Of a stretch of 64,000 nt of DNA, positions 51,401 through 61,100 are shown piece by piece. The notes beneath the pieces were generated by a model. That model saw only the letters and a list, made by a program, of their open reading frames with translations. It had not been told where the DNA came from and searched no databases. Made by a program: the position numbers and the translations under genes. The stretch is from Chloropicon primus (taxonomy: Eukaryota). Numbering within the stretch: the stretch's first letter is position 1; every line of letters starts with the position of its first letter. Location of the stretch: assembly GCA_023205875.1 (NCBI GenBank), contig CP060759.1:682001-746000 (forward strand), read 5' to 3'.

Positions 51401-54207
51401 GTGTCCACAAGAATGTCCACGTTAGCCAAGTGCACCATGGTCGCAGTGGTGTTACTTCCCGAGATGTAGACTGTGCCTTGCACCTGACTCGTCATCCAAC
51501 TTGGGAAATAGTCCAGAATCATTTCAGATTGAAGCTTCTGCCTCACCCTTCCCCAACCCCGCCTCGAAGAGAACCTTCTGGCCAGGTCAACAGTGCAAGA
51601 GTTGTGGCGGGGGCCGAGGATGCAGTGATTCTGGGCGTCACTGTAGGCTTCCGTCTTAATGAGGCCAATCCCAAACTTCAGCACTTGCAAGTCCTTAATC
51701 GAGTCCTTGTAATAGCGAGCGGCTATGTTGCACAAACCGAGAGCCAAGATGGACCTCGAGTCCCCGGCTGGAGGGTCTGTGAGGAAGTTCACTGCAATCG
51801 TGTCCGTGTTGATGTAGTAGTCGGCAAACGCATCGGAAAAGCCTACAGCGCTCATGCCAGATTGAAGGGCCACCCCATTCTCTTCAGGCGCGCGTATTTT
51901 GCATTCTTTCTTCACAGCGATCCTGAGAAGCATCTGATCCAGGGTCTGGGAAACAACTCGCAGTCTTGATTCCGATACAAAGACCTTGAGAATCGGTAGA
52001 GTCACTCCGCACCTGGCCACCGGCGCAGCAATAGATTTGGGGACAGCACATTCTTCCGAGTCCATGTTGATCAAGAACGATTTCAGGTCAAGAACTTTGT
52101 GGACCTTCTCGATCTCGCCGTCGACAGACTTTTCGATGAAGATGCAGAGGTCCGCAGCAACCTTCATCTTGCTCACCGAGCAGGGGGCAATGGTTTGAAA
52201 CACTTGCCTTCTCCTTCTGTGCAACGACTGAGACCGCAAATCGGCGGTGTGCTTCATGGAGCTTCTCTTTTCCAAGGTGACATCGACTATCGAGAGCGTG
52301 ACCCGGTAGTCGGGCTCGCCCGGTGGAGCGTCCGTTCCCAGCAAGGACGCCGCAAGCCTGTTGACTTTCAGAACTATTGGCGCGCCTAACGCCAGTGGAG
52401 CAGGCCTTGCTCGATGAACCCTGTACGTGTCCATCACCAGGGCTTTGATGTTCGCATTTGCTTTGGCGAAGAACTTTGCGGAGGAGGATAACAAGTTTGC
52501 CACATCCATGAGCTGCTCCATCCAGTCGGGGCACAGCGCCACATCTACGTTTGACACAAGGACAAGAAAGTAGGGGTTCTTGTTGATGTCGGCCTCAGTC
52601 GTCAGGTTGAGTAAGTTCTCCTTCTCTGGCCCTCTCACAAGGGGCTCCTGTATGTTGTTGTTGGACACTTTGAGGCCTGCACAATTCACAGTGAGCTCCT
52701 GCCCATACAGAGCCACCTCTAGTCCAAGCAAAGCGACGGAAGTCGTGCTCTGGTAGCTGTCCCAATAAGAGGCTTGGGATATGCTCACAGACACTTTCGG
52801 GCACTTAATGTCAAGGATGATCTCCAGAGAGGGTCTCTCGACATCCTTGTACGCATTTGCGAGCAAGAAGTTGTTGACGATTCCGTCAACGGCTCCAAGT
52901 CTTTCCAAGAACTTGGTCCTGTCCTTCGGTCTTACCCTCGAAAAAGCAAAATGCGACCGGAAGTGAGCGATTTCTTCGAGGGTCAGGTCCTTCTCGGTCT
53001 CCCGCAGAAGGGCACCCACCTTCTTCCTGTTGTTGTAAACCTCCCACCACTTGCCATGCATTCCTTTGTACACAGACAGGTACCTCTCCCTCTTCTCCCT
53101 TCTCTCGCCCAGCTGACTCAAGCTCACCGAGGGGCACCTGTACTGGGTGCACTCCTCTCTCACCGCGTTGACTGCATAGTGCCACCACCGGCGAGCGTTG
53201 TTGAAGACTTGCTCCTGAGGGCGGTATTTCCAAACGCTCTCATGTGCAAAGTAGTACTGCAGGTTCGACAGCAGGGGGAGCATCCGATTCAGGCAATCCT
53301 CGTCCAGGGTGATCGCAAGGGAGTTCACATCCAAAGCGATCTTCACTTTGCTGGCGACGGGCCCGCAGCCCAAGGTCACCGCTGCATCCACCGACCACTG
53401 CTGGATGAGGTAAACCACGTTCTTGTTGTTCAGCTGGTCGTCCACGAGGTGGCTCCTGTCGTACACGCCAATCTTCAGGGAAGAGAGTCCTGCCACGCAA
53501 GTGGGCGCCCTTCCGTGGCCTCTCTCCAGCAGCTCGTACCGTTTCGCGGTAAGACACTTCGAGCCTTCCAGGTACAAATCGCCCACAGAAACCATGATCT
53601 CGTTGGTCTGACCCGCCTGGGAGTAGTGCACGGTCGTGCGCGAAACCCTCACGGATAGTCTCTCCAAGACTCGCCCAAGGACTGGGGGAAGACCCTTGTT
53701 CGCTTTGCCTCCCGCCGTGTTCGCCGCACTCGCCGCATCCGGGCCCGGCAGCGCCGCCCCGCCCCAAAGGATCTTCTCGACGACTTCGAGGACCTTAGAC
53801 CTCGGGAGCGCCGTCGTGAACGGCACACGGAAGGTCTCGTCGCTCACCGCGGCCCGCTTCCTCGGCTTTGGGTACCGGCGCTGGGTGACGTGGACGCGAG
53901 TGCCATCGATGCGGATCCCACCGACCGAGGCGGACAGGTTGGGAACCCTCACCTCGATGCAGTCTATGCGGAGGGACTTGACGTGCACGAAGGCGTCCAC
54001 GTGGGCCAGCACGAAGCTCCTCAAGCGCAGGTCCTTTATCTTGACCGACTTGGGCCAGAGCAGAGAGGACTTTGTGATCTCCACGCCCACGGCCGTGGGG
54101 CTCGCGATCAGCGCCAGGACCGCGTGGAGGAGCACCCGGACAACGACGGGCCAGAAGCCCGCCCACAACAAGCCCGCGAGGACCAACGCGACAAGGAGCC
54201 CCGCCAT
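42433..54207 (-). CDS. VPS13-like bridge lipid-transfer protein with C2 domains (3924 aa)
   Basis: RPQEQVFNNARRWWHYAVNAV, VAB/SHR-BD-like repeats (IYCPYWIDNQT, PPYRIQNDC, YAWDVP), two C2 domains, IQIDNQL, and an ATG2/VPS13-C-like GISGVLTDP...GLLGVAVRPTAG...RVRAP. Confidence 0.88.
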   Translation of the reverse strand: MAGLLVALVLAGLLWAGFWPVVVRVLLHAVLALIASPTAVGVEITKSSLLWPKSVKIKDLRLRSFVLAHVDAFVHVKSLRIDCIEVRVPNLSASVGGIRIDGTRVHVTQRRYPKPRKRAAVSDETFRVPFTTALPRSKVLEVVEKILWGGAALPGPDAASAANTAGGKANKGLPPVLGRVLERLSVRVSRTTVHYSQAGQTNEIMVSVGDLYLEGSKCLTAKRYELLERGHGRAPTCVAGLSSLKIGVYDRSHLVDDQLNNKNVVYLIQQWSVDAAVTLGCGPVASKVKIALDVNSLAITLDEDCLNRMLPLLSNLQYYFAHESVWKYRPQEQVFNNARRWWHYAVNAVREECTQYRCPSVSLSQLGERREKRERYLSVYKGMHGKWWEVYNNRKKVGALLRETEKDLTLEEIAHFRSHFAFSRVRPKDRTKFLERLGAVDGIVNNFLLANAYKDVERPSLEIILDIKCPKVSVSISQASYWDSYQSTTSVALLGLEVALYGQELTVNCAGLKVSNNNIQEPLVRGPEKENLLNLTTEADINKNPYFLVLVSNVDVALCPDWMEQLMDVANLLSSSAKFFAKANANIKALVMDTYRVHRARPAPLALGAPIVLKVNRLAASLLGTDAPPGEPDYRVTLSIVDVTLEKRSSMKHTADLRSQSLHRRRRQVFQTIAPCSVSKMKVAADLCIFIEKSVDGEIEKVHKVLDLKSFLINMDSEECAVPKSIAAPVARCGVTLPILKVFVSESRLRVVSQTLDQMLLRIAVKKECKIRAPEENGVALQSGMSAVGFSDAFADYYINTDTIAVNFLTDPPAGDSRSILALGLCNIAARYYKDSIKDLQVLKFGIGLIKTEAYSDAQNHCILGPRHNSCTVDLARRFSSRRGWGRVRQKLQSEMILDYFPSWMTSQVQGTVYISGSNTTATMVHLANVDILVDTSLCEPIIKYVFELQESFSITKRDTDTPKDDLTTPLPEESSEVDKSMTLMEINVTSISVTLSHSLQDIACLECLNTTASVYKSVDSLSEDENNTKLNIESMHVLDLIGKSDTKECLGIHPLGTEEGYGLCLTHDVKGDTGVTVIRISKVQAQLIMRFIQDILFFVSRITGALPSKEETDGETNDEEKSLSDNGEDADSKGASSLHLSVENIEVILPIHSDNPDKFFKLVANLKVQSSNEIQCPAEGLKGRPHLEICLNNLALGFQHTYLGFQNFIPETSLLCYIESIEGTQTRVVLFWNVLCVKLSQLNYGHLMEFLSGNMGDRSVFAIVEEEEIVVRSKEDFMDSAYRYQEFLKLPKEESPSFEVCIRSSKWEICFEDTDSPTQYGVFKLDSPSFVYRGMSSGNTHMCISGSNFSLTDMHTRHNIKEIMNGSLQVKPSNEPTEETCTPSFKFVLLMQKEGPMTVELRLCNTLISWPYEKDMAFISNILSVLKTNETNDSHAPVKLVSPSFAKWFYFNLIATDTRIFVPLPLVADAVQEQSNGVLVKTNTLQFRYGFGSDGETAMRVRVFDLEVAFKLKSSQPNDSFLLPFNLDVEMNTSAPVFEEQVARIKKVLVARKLQRWWRENHSESSLGGSSPPPGDLGRAKSFTQLTKRKAFTLEHGITPNERETALTKIRVSLDNLVLKACFSEVHLWNRILKTVSGTQQKHDVDESASEGVPEPLQEVVFRPSTMEVDLKINSVSVVICDDRPRTYGNPDVLRLWAKTLQLQYKVVLQEEDVGAKTSADLKVTLSAEYLDSSVSRYASIILDWPVQFEFHQQEDAYSGKSNSLWLNSEERLDIHVSPHILLALGDAMTFSRMLNAETSKEYTQNMRKSTFGQDDVEEGELDSGAAPQKYCLNNYSGANLWYWSTAQTAHRVMDGKRVIVKEKPYLAEKQHSKGKRFSRTSAIQVECLNLQFEGNWSPLLQVNVSLVGKYKYTLEAPLHNIEVPVIVDIILVGRTKVISVHSPYWIFNRSDRELAFRLQQSLGYLNAPGTQEAGEMEADTTDVRSDVMIGPIEPGKGVYLPITSSIMSKSVLFVNSADGLLEATAHSIHITEVDKMDVQQQMIECKAEAGPPEYTPTPQLKAPGQTSSTPGSSQSKLEEVPMSDMSIPETNETSPVEVSMEDIQLGSEEIEERPPSRGTHSPTSVLSENNAGSPASFFCNLQIMKVPPQQVHLPSYNIDSQGLSSAPLPVECELSFQPPLVIANALPYDIEIDLMDAQGRFLGTRRSDVVDTLSTLDRTSSIGSAGSRTYSITNSASRRRLRGNMSPAGIILKPGSKADIYCDLQQKQKLSIRVKTAAQGMLKTQAPIAIHDGYLVNDKTRQGYLPKHATLYPFMQSTIGPNASELTEIELTSANLYSVDLGETLGLDLGETPVTGTPGPSGPSDLRVLNKQKVKIGIENEPTGRIGRKVTIYCPYWIDNQTNSDLFFSENNSLPLFGKARRRDEIFVPGNAERAPTLPLPVLWNTDNQRIYFRMAGEKPSPYGPSVHIKRPGPSGHNPIPIAAASLGGHNQYGEGNSDELLHFGIDILPCPADSIYNKTKVICVKTAIIVENMSNFSIIYKQSGMTESGHHCRVEAGQSVGHKWSSIYNPLEITIRPSGNIWNWSSSFPLLATGDTYFGLRLSHQDQDGVFLIIPVSITVSPSHILVSFKDPSAEPPYRIQNDCKEILIVFKQVEDKKSLEGKADDEERLSLQESNPQTTVMPGTSINYAWDVPMWPHKLSVELMRENDMATGRTTEYSIDELGDRKPIAVSESKHGRSTSRAFIPTPSFSKKQREKNAATQLEKKLKSVLAKELASKVFVTVYADGPTRVLKFSDKKDSASIQSELSMLEMHARLRKLEDELANNVNRKFASLMGYMKSRPLKIDLYGRNQKHLDSYLKLSTSVIETWKAQKTPGRRKLEAKHQAKTKGSMSSNSRRRIAQEILLNEMNDSLDGDSSAAILSLGGELTVTIHSANNLAGNPQSTHTYAEVDLNGQSYQTNICLQTCSPTWDEAFTFPSARATNFLDLNIYRVKAQRCAPVRKSGAAKLFLGSVRISLLESFTMESNDSIHYTLGRQHGTDKVSGEVVISLSWRTNANSLMQLKVQTLEDILAQRMEILAQLKPLSVEQWEERVSNVKKRETLLHQLGYQTGELQVTVMAARNLQKRTSFQPLATLDFSIEGPLCNPFVLVKCSKSKTEGDLSTDVVHQSLEPLFDKSKKFVFEEVPLSASVTFELYDKNPLGRSDLLAWRTVYCSEISTSVATPFNPVYAWIRLTMPKRVGHGHESGPSPEINVRMQWNPPHSAIRNVTSINVTLSSIGLAMISGVLGGELINTTLEKIKVSKVQDDKETTIVGSIQKIQIDNQLPHSTQPVILRCLSSMGNQADFLRVSFSEIFTSKGGEANIRSIKDFQLDFGDLKLEVDDLFMDSVLKFSQAFPIRDLYQDEDWNTRQDCMLNFTLPFGPPEIEDLSGTRVEDNSIMEGFAHPTDWYRNKAAADLTAMRALSSSSSWYFIENAEIGSLRVTLSLSIASQVLAGPDGGKKSLLSRSLNTSGLQLLDVDDAPLQISGLSFSDEVIGKNALNQRIRQHLQWQIIGEAHKILGGTGPAIIAAPLSVVYACSSAFTIGQEISAGRVGPLMATQQLGYVIFSAASQAIGALSKTAILLLAVVPTDEDHGDWADSQTLKRYSGKAINAPRSIYVGLRELFTGTVRGISGVLTDPVWAYQRGGLVLLPLGVMKGLLGVAVRPTAGFLEGASRLSQGLGLLCLGKEGIEGNIPHRVRAPEVMQATQLESITSNSEEKKSLDKWTETLSKLTPLFDKDALIHYLELDQASASSKRRYTMLFTKGHKIILVGSKELKETTKYFICWTLLGTSVKQVLGREDKFKIKMRHITRFPTACCGVWEFPNTKVIQCATKDIFTKAMSFINIQRGSEATKAVSEELRIERNDANLELVPRSYYI

Positions 54208-54844
54208 GACAGCCTACGCGTAGACCTCCACTGCCCCCCTGCGACTTCACTCTTCGAGGCCGGCCGGCGAAGGGCGAGGGTGGCCGGCCGGCGATTTCGT
54301 GGAGTCGTAACGCGCGAGGCGGAAAAATGTCCGAGCCGGAGGAGGCCGAGCCGTCGTCCTCGTTCTCCCCCCGAACCCCCTTTTCGTCGAGGACAACACC
54401 GTCCGTCTCGGTTGTGGCACCCCAACTCTCCCCACGCCTCCCCGCTCGTCCGTTGTCGTCTGGGAAAAAAAAAGTGGAGTCGCCGTCGTCGTAACGGCTT
54501 CGGCTCTGCCTGGAGGAGCGTGAGTCAGCAAGGCTTGATGGGGAGACTGGAGGGAAAGCGAGTGGGTGGCAAAAGGGAGGAGACGGAACAATGGTCTCTT
54601 CCCCTGCTTTCGTTCCACTCTCGCTCTTTCGTCGAAAGCTCGAAGCACTTGGTGTAGCGGTGATTGGAAGAAGGCTTTATTTTTGGGGGGGGGGGGGATT
54701 GATTGGACATGGCAAGCTCTCAGCGCAAGAGAGACAGATAGGGACAAACAGATAGATATAGAGTTCGACCTTTATTGGTGAATGTTGGTGTGAATAGCAG
54801 CAGTAGTCTTCTCCTCGTCCTCCTCCTTCTTCTTCGTCCTCAAT

Positions 54845-55582
54845 TTACTGGTCCTCCTGCGGCTTTGGATCGAAAGGATTCTGCTTGGACACCTGGCGAG
54901 GCGGGGTGAATCCCAAGAGTTTCTGTATGTTTGGCCTCAGCCCTGCTGAGCATACGACGTAGATGTAAGTCATGGAGCAGTCCGTGAGGTCGCCGCTGTT
55001 TATCCCCCTCTGCGTGGCGCCCTTGATGATCCAGGGGGCCTCGAAGGGCAGCTTGGCAACGATTCTCCCGCTGAAGTGCTTGCTGGTCAGGGTGTACAAG
55101 ATCAGCAAGGCCACGGACGCCTGGGGTTTGGGGAAGGAGAAAGAGGGGCGTGTCAGAAAACGTTTTGCCGCCGGGAAGGAGCCGCGAGCGTGGTCGGGAA
55201 CTACTTGGTCGGGAACCACTTGGTCGGGAACCACTTGGTAGGGAACCACTTGGTCACTCACGAATATGGTCGCGGTCATCTTGGACTTCTGCAGGTCGAA
55301 GCTCTTTTCCTTCAAAAGCGTTTCCAGCCTCTCCTCCTTCTTCTTCTGGGCCTTGGACTTTATCGACAAGCCCCCGTTCTCCGCCTTCATCGCTTCGAGC
55401 TTCTTTCCCATCCTACAAAACAGGGAGGCAGAGAGAGTCAGTCAGAAAGGGGGGTGAGCGAGCGGGCGTCGTTCGTTGCTGTTGGAACAAGCACGAACAC
55501 GGGAGGAGAAAGACGCGTCGATCGATCGTCGTCGCGAGTCCCGGCCAAGGGGATCCCCCTAACAAACACAAACACACACACA

Positions 55583-55632
<50 letters not shown>

Positions 55633-55765
55633 CTGACCTCGTGATGGAGTTCACCAAGCTCTTGTAGTGCCCCGTCCTGTAGATGAGGACCCAAGACACG
55701 AGCTCGCAGAACAGGGTGCCCGCGATGGACACGGCCACAATCTGAACACTATCCCAAGAGTACAT
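54845..55765 (-). CDS. TMCO1: TMCO1 (EMC3/TMCO1 family); exons 55765-55638, 55412-55262, 55120-54845
   Basis: CELVSWVLIYRTGHYKSL, KKLE, FSGRIVAKLPF, TDCSMTYIYVVCS..LRPNIQKLLGFTP; two GT-AG introns. Confidence 0.9.
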
Positions 55766-56368
55766 CCTTCCGTATCCGTATCCGACCGATCCGCAATCTA
55801 AACCTCCTCGCTCCTCGCTCCTCGCTCTAATGCCCTTCCTTCCACAGAATCCTCACCAGAGCGCCTCTACCTTGGAGCCTTGGCTCTTTCGAAAGAGCAA
55901 GAGAATCTCCTTCCCCTTGTGCCCCTTCCCCTCGCTCCCCCCTTCGCCTCGCTCTCCCCCTCCTCTCACAACTTGTCTCGTCCGCCTCCCTCCGTCTCAG
56001 TCCTCGAGCCGCTCCAAAAAAAAAAATTGGCGCCAAGCGGAGAAAAAATTTTGGCGTGAGTGACAGATGAGGCCAAAAAAGGTTATTCACTAGCGACAGG
56101 AGGGCGACCGAGTGCTCGACCAGAGCGGCCGGGAACGAAACGAACCCAACCGACGACGACGACGGACGCGACGTGAGGTGACGTGACGCGCCTTGCACCA
56201 GAGGGAGGAGGAGGAGGAGCTCCGTCTCCGGTGTGTCTGGCTATACGGCTTTCGTTTTCGTTTCCTCGCTCTTTGGGCGCGAGCACCACGTCGTGGGATC
56301 CAGAGGAGAGGACTCGTTTTGTGTTGGTGTTTTTTTTTGGTTTCCCAAAAGTAAAGGGAAGGGAGAGA

Positions 56369-58072
56369 ATGGTGGCGGAAAGATGCGGAGGTTACGAGGA
56401 TGCGCCTCCAACCTCAAGGCTTCCCGGGTGCAGCAGAAGTCGAGAGGCCTCGTGCAGCTCCGATGGGAACCTCGCAGCTCCGAGGTCGTCGTCGTCGTTG
56501 TCGTGGAAAACCCCTGGTGGTGACCAGCGTGACAGCAGCGGGGCTTTGTTGTCCATACCAGTGCGACTCAAGTCGGAGTTCGGGGAGAGGACGAACGTGT
56601 TCCGGGGCGTGTGCGAGAGGGAGGCCGGCCTCTGCAGAGGAATCCGGAAGCGGCCGTTCCTGGAAGACCTGTCCTCCACGAGCGGAAGGTGTGCGGGGAG
56701 GCTGGCCAACTGCATGGAAGGCCACTACTGTCCACCGTTCGCGATACAGTTCGGCCGGGCCAGGGCGACGAGCCACCTCCTCGCGGTGGCGGACGAGGAC
56801 GGGTACGTCACGGTCACCGACACGAGCGGCGAGCTGCCCAAGGACGACGTGGCGGAGGACTACCGCCCCAAGGCGCGGTGGGCGGCCCACAACAACTCCA
56901 TCTTCGACCTCACGTGGTCGCACCAGGACGAGGTCATGACGACCGTGGGGGGGGACGAGACGGTGAAGATCTGGTCCACGGAGACCCAGAGGGAGCTGCT
57001 GACGCTGTCCGGCCACTCCGCGAGCATCAAGTCGGTTGCTTTCAAGCACGACAACCAGAACATCTTGGCGTCGGGGGGGAGGGACGGGAGGCTCATGCTC
57101 TGGGATCTGAGGGACTCCCTCAGGTGCCAGAGGTCCAGGCTGTCCTCGCTCGGTGGGCTGCTGGTTCCAGCGATCCACAAGCCGGTAAAGACGATCCACA
57201 ACGCCCACCTGAAGAGCAACAGCAAGAGGAACGTGTCCTACCGCAGCAGCTCGGCGAGGAGGAAGACGATAAAGACGAGCCCGCAGAGCGTGACCGGCGT
57301 CCTTTTTCTCAAGGCGGACAACGTCCTGGCATCCAGCGGCTCCGACGGCAAGGTGAAGTTCTGGGACGTGAGGAAGCTGTCCAGGCCAACCCACCTGATC
57401 ACGCTCCCCCAGGCCCCGGGGCTCTTCAGGGATTACGGAGTGCCGAGCATCGCTCAGGACGCCTCCGGCAGCAGGCTTGCCGTGACCTCCTTCAACGACA
57501 GTGTCTACCTGTACGACTGCGTTCGTCCGGAGATTGGGCCGGTCGGAACCTGCAAAGGGCTCGAGGTCACGTCGTTTTACATCAAGCTGGCTTTCAGTCC
57601 GGACGGAACGCACCTGCTCTCCGGTTCCAGCGACGGAAACGCGTACATTTGGCAGGTGGACAGGCCGGAGGACGGGGGGTACGTGCTCAAGGGTCACAGC
57701 GGCGAAGTGTCAGGGGTCTCGTGGTGCCCGACGGACTTTTGCAAGGTCGCCACCTGCTCGGACGACTCTTACACCCGGGTCTGGAACATTGACAGGCACG
57801 CGGACAGCCCGCGTCACCGGAAAATTGCAATGCCTCCGACCGTGACGCTGCACCACTCTGTGAGGTCCCTGAACGGCAAGCACAACTACATGGACCAGGT
57901 CGTGGAAACCAGTGCCAAGGACAAGGCCGTGGGAACTTTCGCGAGCAAGACCTACGTGGACTGCTCGAGGGCGGTCCGGGAGAACGACGCTGGGAGAAGG
58001 GTCAAGCATCCTCGGACACAGCAGTACAGGAACGTCACCTTGGAAGAGGTTTGGGGAGTCAAAAAGGGCTGA
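56369..58072 (+). CDS. CDT2: Denticleless/CDT2 WD40 protein
   Basis: LAVADEDG, AHNNSIFDLTW, GHSASIKS, SGGRDG, VKFWDVRK, SFYIKLAFSPDG, LKGHSGEV, ATCSDD; first ATG at 56369. Confidence 0.88.
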   Translation: MVAERCGGYEDAPPTSRLPGCSRSREASCSSDGNLAAPRSSSSLSWKTPGGDQRDSSGALLSIPVRLKSEFGERTNVFRGVCEREAGLCRGIRKRPFLEDLSSTSGRCAGRLANCMEGHYCPPFAIQFGRARATSHLLAVADEDGYVTVTDTSGELPKDDVAEDYRPKARWAAHNNSIFDLTWSHQDEVMTTVGGDETVKIWSTETQRELLTLSGHSASIKSVAFKHDNQNILASGGRDGRLMLWDLRDSLRCQRSRLSSLGGLLVPAIHKPVKTIHNAHLKSNSKRNVSYRSSSARRKTIKTSPQSVTGVLFLKADNVLASSGSDGKVKFWDVRKLSRPTHLITLPQAPGLFRDYGVPSIAQDASGSRLAVTSFNDSVYLYDCVRPEIGPVGTCKGLEVTSFYIKLAFSPDGTHLLSGSSDGNAYIWQVDRPEDGGYVLKGHSGEVSGVSWCPTDFCKVATCSDDSYTRVWNIDRHADSPRHRKIAMPPTVTLHHSVRSLNGKHNYMDQVVETSAKDKAVGTFASKTYVDCSRAVRENDAGRRVKHPRTQQYRNVTLEEVWGVKKG

Positions 58073-58102
58073 AAGAATGTAAATGATAAATTAGTATATA
58101 GG

Positions 58103-61100
58103 TTAGTACCCCGCGTTTGCGACGAGGCTAGCGTAGGACGTCATCGCGTTGTCCTTCTTCTCGACCTGCACCTTTGACGTTTCTATTTTCTTCGGAGGCT
58201 CCATTCCAAAGCAAGCGAAAAGATCAAGGCGTGCCGTCTTGATCGCAGCTGCGGCGCCCGTGTCCCAGCTAACCTCCGTGACCAGCTCTGTCGCCCGATC
58301 CACGTCGAACTTTTCTTCCTCCTCCTCCTCAAAGGAGATTATTCTCATGTAGAGGTGCTCGGCGGCGCACCGCCTTATTTTTGGATAGCGGTTCACGAGG
58401 GACGCGATCAGCTTGTAGAAGGAGGCCGTGAAAACCGGATCCTTGGCGTACGTGAGGTTCGCGATCAGGGACAGCGCAACCTGCAGCAGAACGATGTCTC
58501 TGCAGCCCCGCGTGCTCCCCCACGCCTCAGCCAAAAGCGCCTCGAACAGTTTCACGTCTCCCGAGTCGATCAGGCCCGCTTTGCTGAAGAGAAAATCGAT
58601 GGTCCTCATCACTGGAATCACAACCCTGCTCACCCCTGCATTTCGGGCGAGGATTGCTTGAAGCTCCCAGGCGACTGTCAACAGCATACTGTCCCCCCCC
58701 TCGTTCACAGACTTCACCATGGCGCCGACTGCGGTCTGTGACACCGAATCTCCCAGTCCACCAGCGCTCAGCGCAAGGCCTTGGATGGCACAATTTCTGT
58801 AAGGCTCCAGGCGCAGAATTTCGAGCAAGTGCTCAAAGAGGTTCCCACTCCCGGCGTGGTCTGCATCTGGTTCGTAGATTCCCTGGAGCTCAGTCCAGCA
58901 TTCGACGTTCTTTGCCATGCTCTTTATGCTCAATATCTTGCGTGTGTGGAGATATGCGGCATGGCGGATCCTATCGATCTTCTCCAGGCTCTGTTTGATA
59001 AGTGCTCCCAGGGCAGTTGTCTCGATACTTCTTTTCCCGGACGTCGAGGGAGATCTATCATCTTCACCCGCAACTGAGCCCAGCGCAGAAAGGGACACTT
59101 CGATCGCTTCCATCGACTCGTGGCGAACCCAGCTGCCGATGTCTCCCCTGTTATCAATCGTGTAATCGTTGATCGTCTCAAGGAGACAAGGAATCATTTT
59201 GTCGTAAAGCAAACCCGTGAGGGATTTCCTTTGCTCTTCAGTCTCAGCAGAGTCTGAGAGCGTTCTGCACATGAAGGTGATGCCCTTGACCGCCGCAACG
59301 CGCGCTTCTACCTCAGCACCGTCGTCCTCACCACAAGGAACAGCCTTAGTCTTCAGGCAATCAAGAACATCCTTTGCGCAAGGCCACAGGATGTTTGCCG
59401 GGCACGATCCAAGCGCAAGGATGTAACCTTGGCACAGGAGTGAATTCCTTTCCTTCCCAATGAGGCCCATGTACTTGGTAGCAGTAACCTCGATTTGGGT
59501 CTCTATCGGTATGCTGGCATAGTAAGCAGAGCACAGTGACTTAAATGCGGTCACAGCGTAGTCCTGAACGAGAGTGCTCAGATGCTTGAGGCTAAAGGAA
59601 ATGCAGTGGTCAATCCTGCTCACTACGCTTTCGGGCAGCTTGACATGAGCCCTGCATACACCGTCCAGGAAGCAGCAGACGGCCTCGTAAATGATTGTGC
59701 CGCCTTTCCCCCTGTAGTACTTTGTCTCATCGACTCTTTCGATAAGCGATGCAATTTTTTGGATCTCATCCTCTGTCAGCTCGTAACCTTCCTCCTTCAT
59801 GATTGGCAACAACTCAGCCAGCCCGACAATGGCCCCGTGCTTGACATCGAGCTCAAGATCACTCGTTTTCAGCAGAAGCACGCCCAAGGCTTCGTGTCCA
59901 AAACTTTCCCCGAGCGTGGGAAGCAAAGTCGCGAGGGCCTTCGCAGCGAGCTCGCGCAGGACCTTCTCCCAATGGAACATCTTGGCGTCCAACAGGTGCT
60001 CAGCCAGGCTCCTGCTGTACTCTTTGAAAGCCGCGATTTGTGGGGCAACGGAAAGGTAAGCAGACTTCCTGGCGCTCACCGTGAAGTAATCCGCTATCGT
60101 CAGGGCTTCGATTCCGTTTGGAATATTTCCTTGCCTACCGACGAGCTCCTGAAAGGCTGCGGAGGCTGCTCTCCTGCAATTGATTTCTCTGTCGAAGCAG
60201 GACAGAACAAGGAGGTTCTTCGCAATCGTGGGCAGGTACTGGCCCATGATGTCGCTAGAATACGACCTCGAAAACGCCCAAAACACGTAGCACCCCGCGT
60301 CCCTCACGTGGGAGCCCACGCTGTGAGCCCCCCTCTTCACATCGTACTGCAGGGCCTCGACGACCTTGGGGATGACGTCCTCCAATTGCTGCGGCAGAAG
60401 CAAACCGCGCCAAGCGAGCTCTGCCAGGGCCAAGCACCCCCCATGCCACGCTCCGTCTCCCTCAGTCTTCGTGAACAGCTCCAAAATGCTGTCGATGATA
60501 TCTGCGATCATGTCTTTTGGGAGCCTGCTCGCGATCCTCCCGATTCCCTTTGCGGCGGACCACCTCACTATGGTGTCCTTGTCACAGAGATTTTCCAAGA
60601 AGCTTCCAATAAGCTCCTCGACCTCCTCGATGCAATCGATGTCTTCCTCGTCTTCCACGTAATCCTCCCCATCCGCCTTTGCATCGGCCTGCCTGCCTTG
60701 GATGGCGCCGTCGGTAATCCGACTCCCAAGGCTGTACCTCCACGTGGCGAGCCTCGGCCTCAGGTTGATGAGTCCAACCCTGCAGAGCAGCTTGCACCTC
60801 AGCTTCCTGATCAGCGAATTGTTCTTGCTCTCCGGCAGCGACTCGAGCGTCTCGATGACCTGCCAAGCGAGTGGCGCTATGGGCAGGAGGGAGAGCCTCG
60901 AACCGTGCTTGAAGATCGCGGCTATTGTGCAGGAGATCCCCAGGGTCAAGAAAACGTCCGAGGCCCGCGAGGCGTCCTGGGACAGGTTCGCTTGGGACCA
61001 CTCGAGGAACTCCTTGAGAACGTGCGCGCTGTCCGGCCTCGTGAGCAGCTGGCTGAGCAAGTACGCTGACATGTCCCTGACCAGGCCCGCGTTTTGGAGG

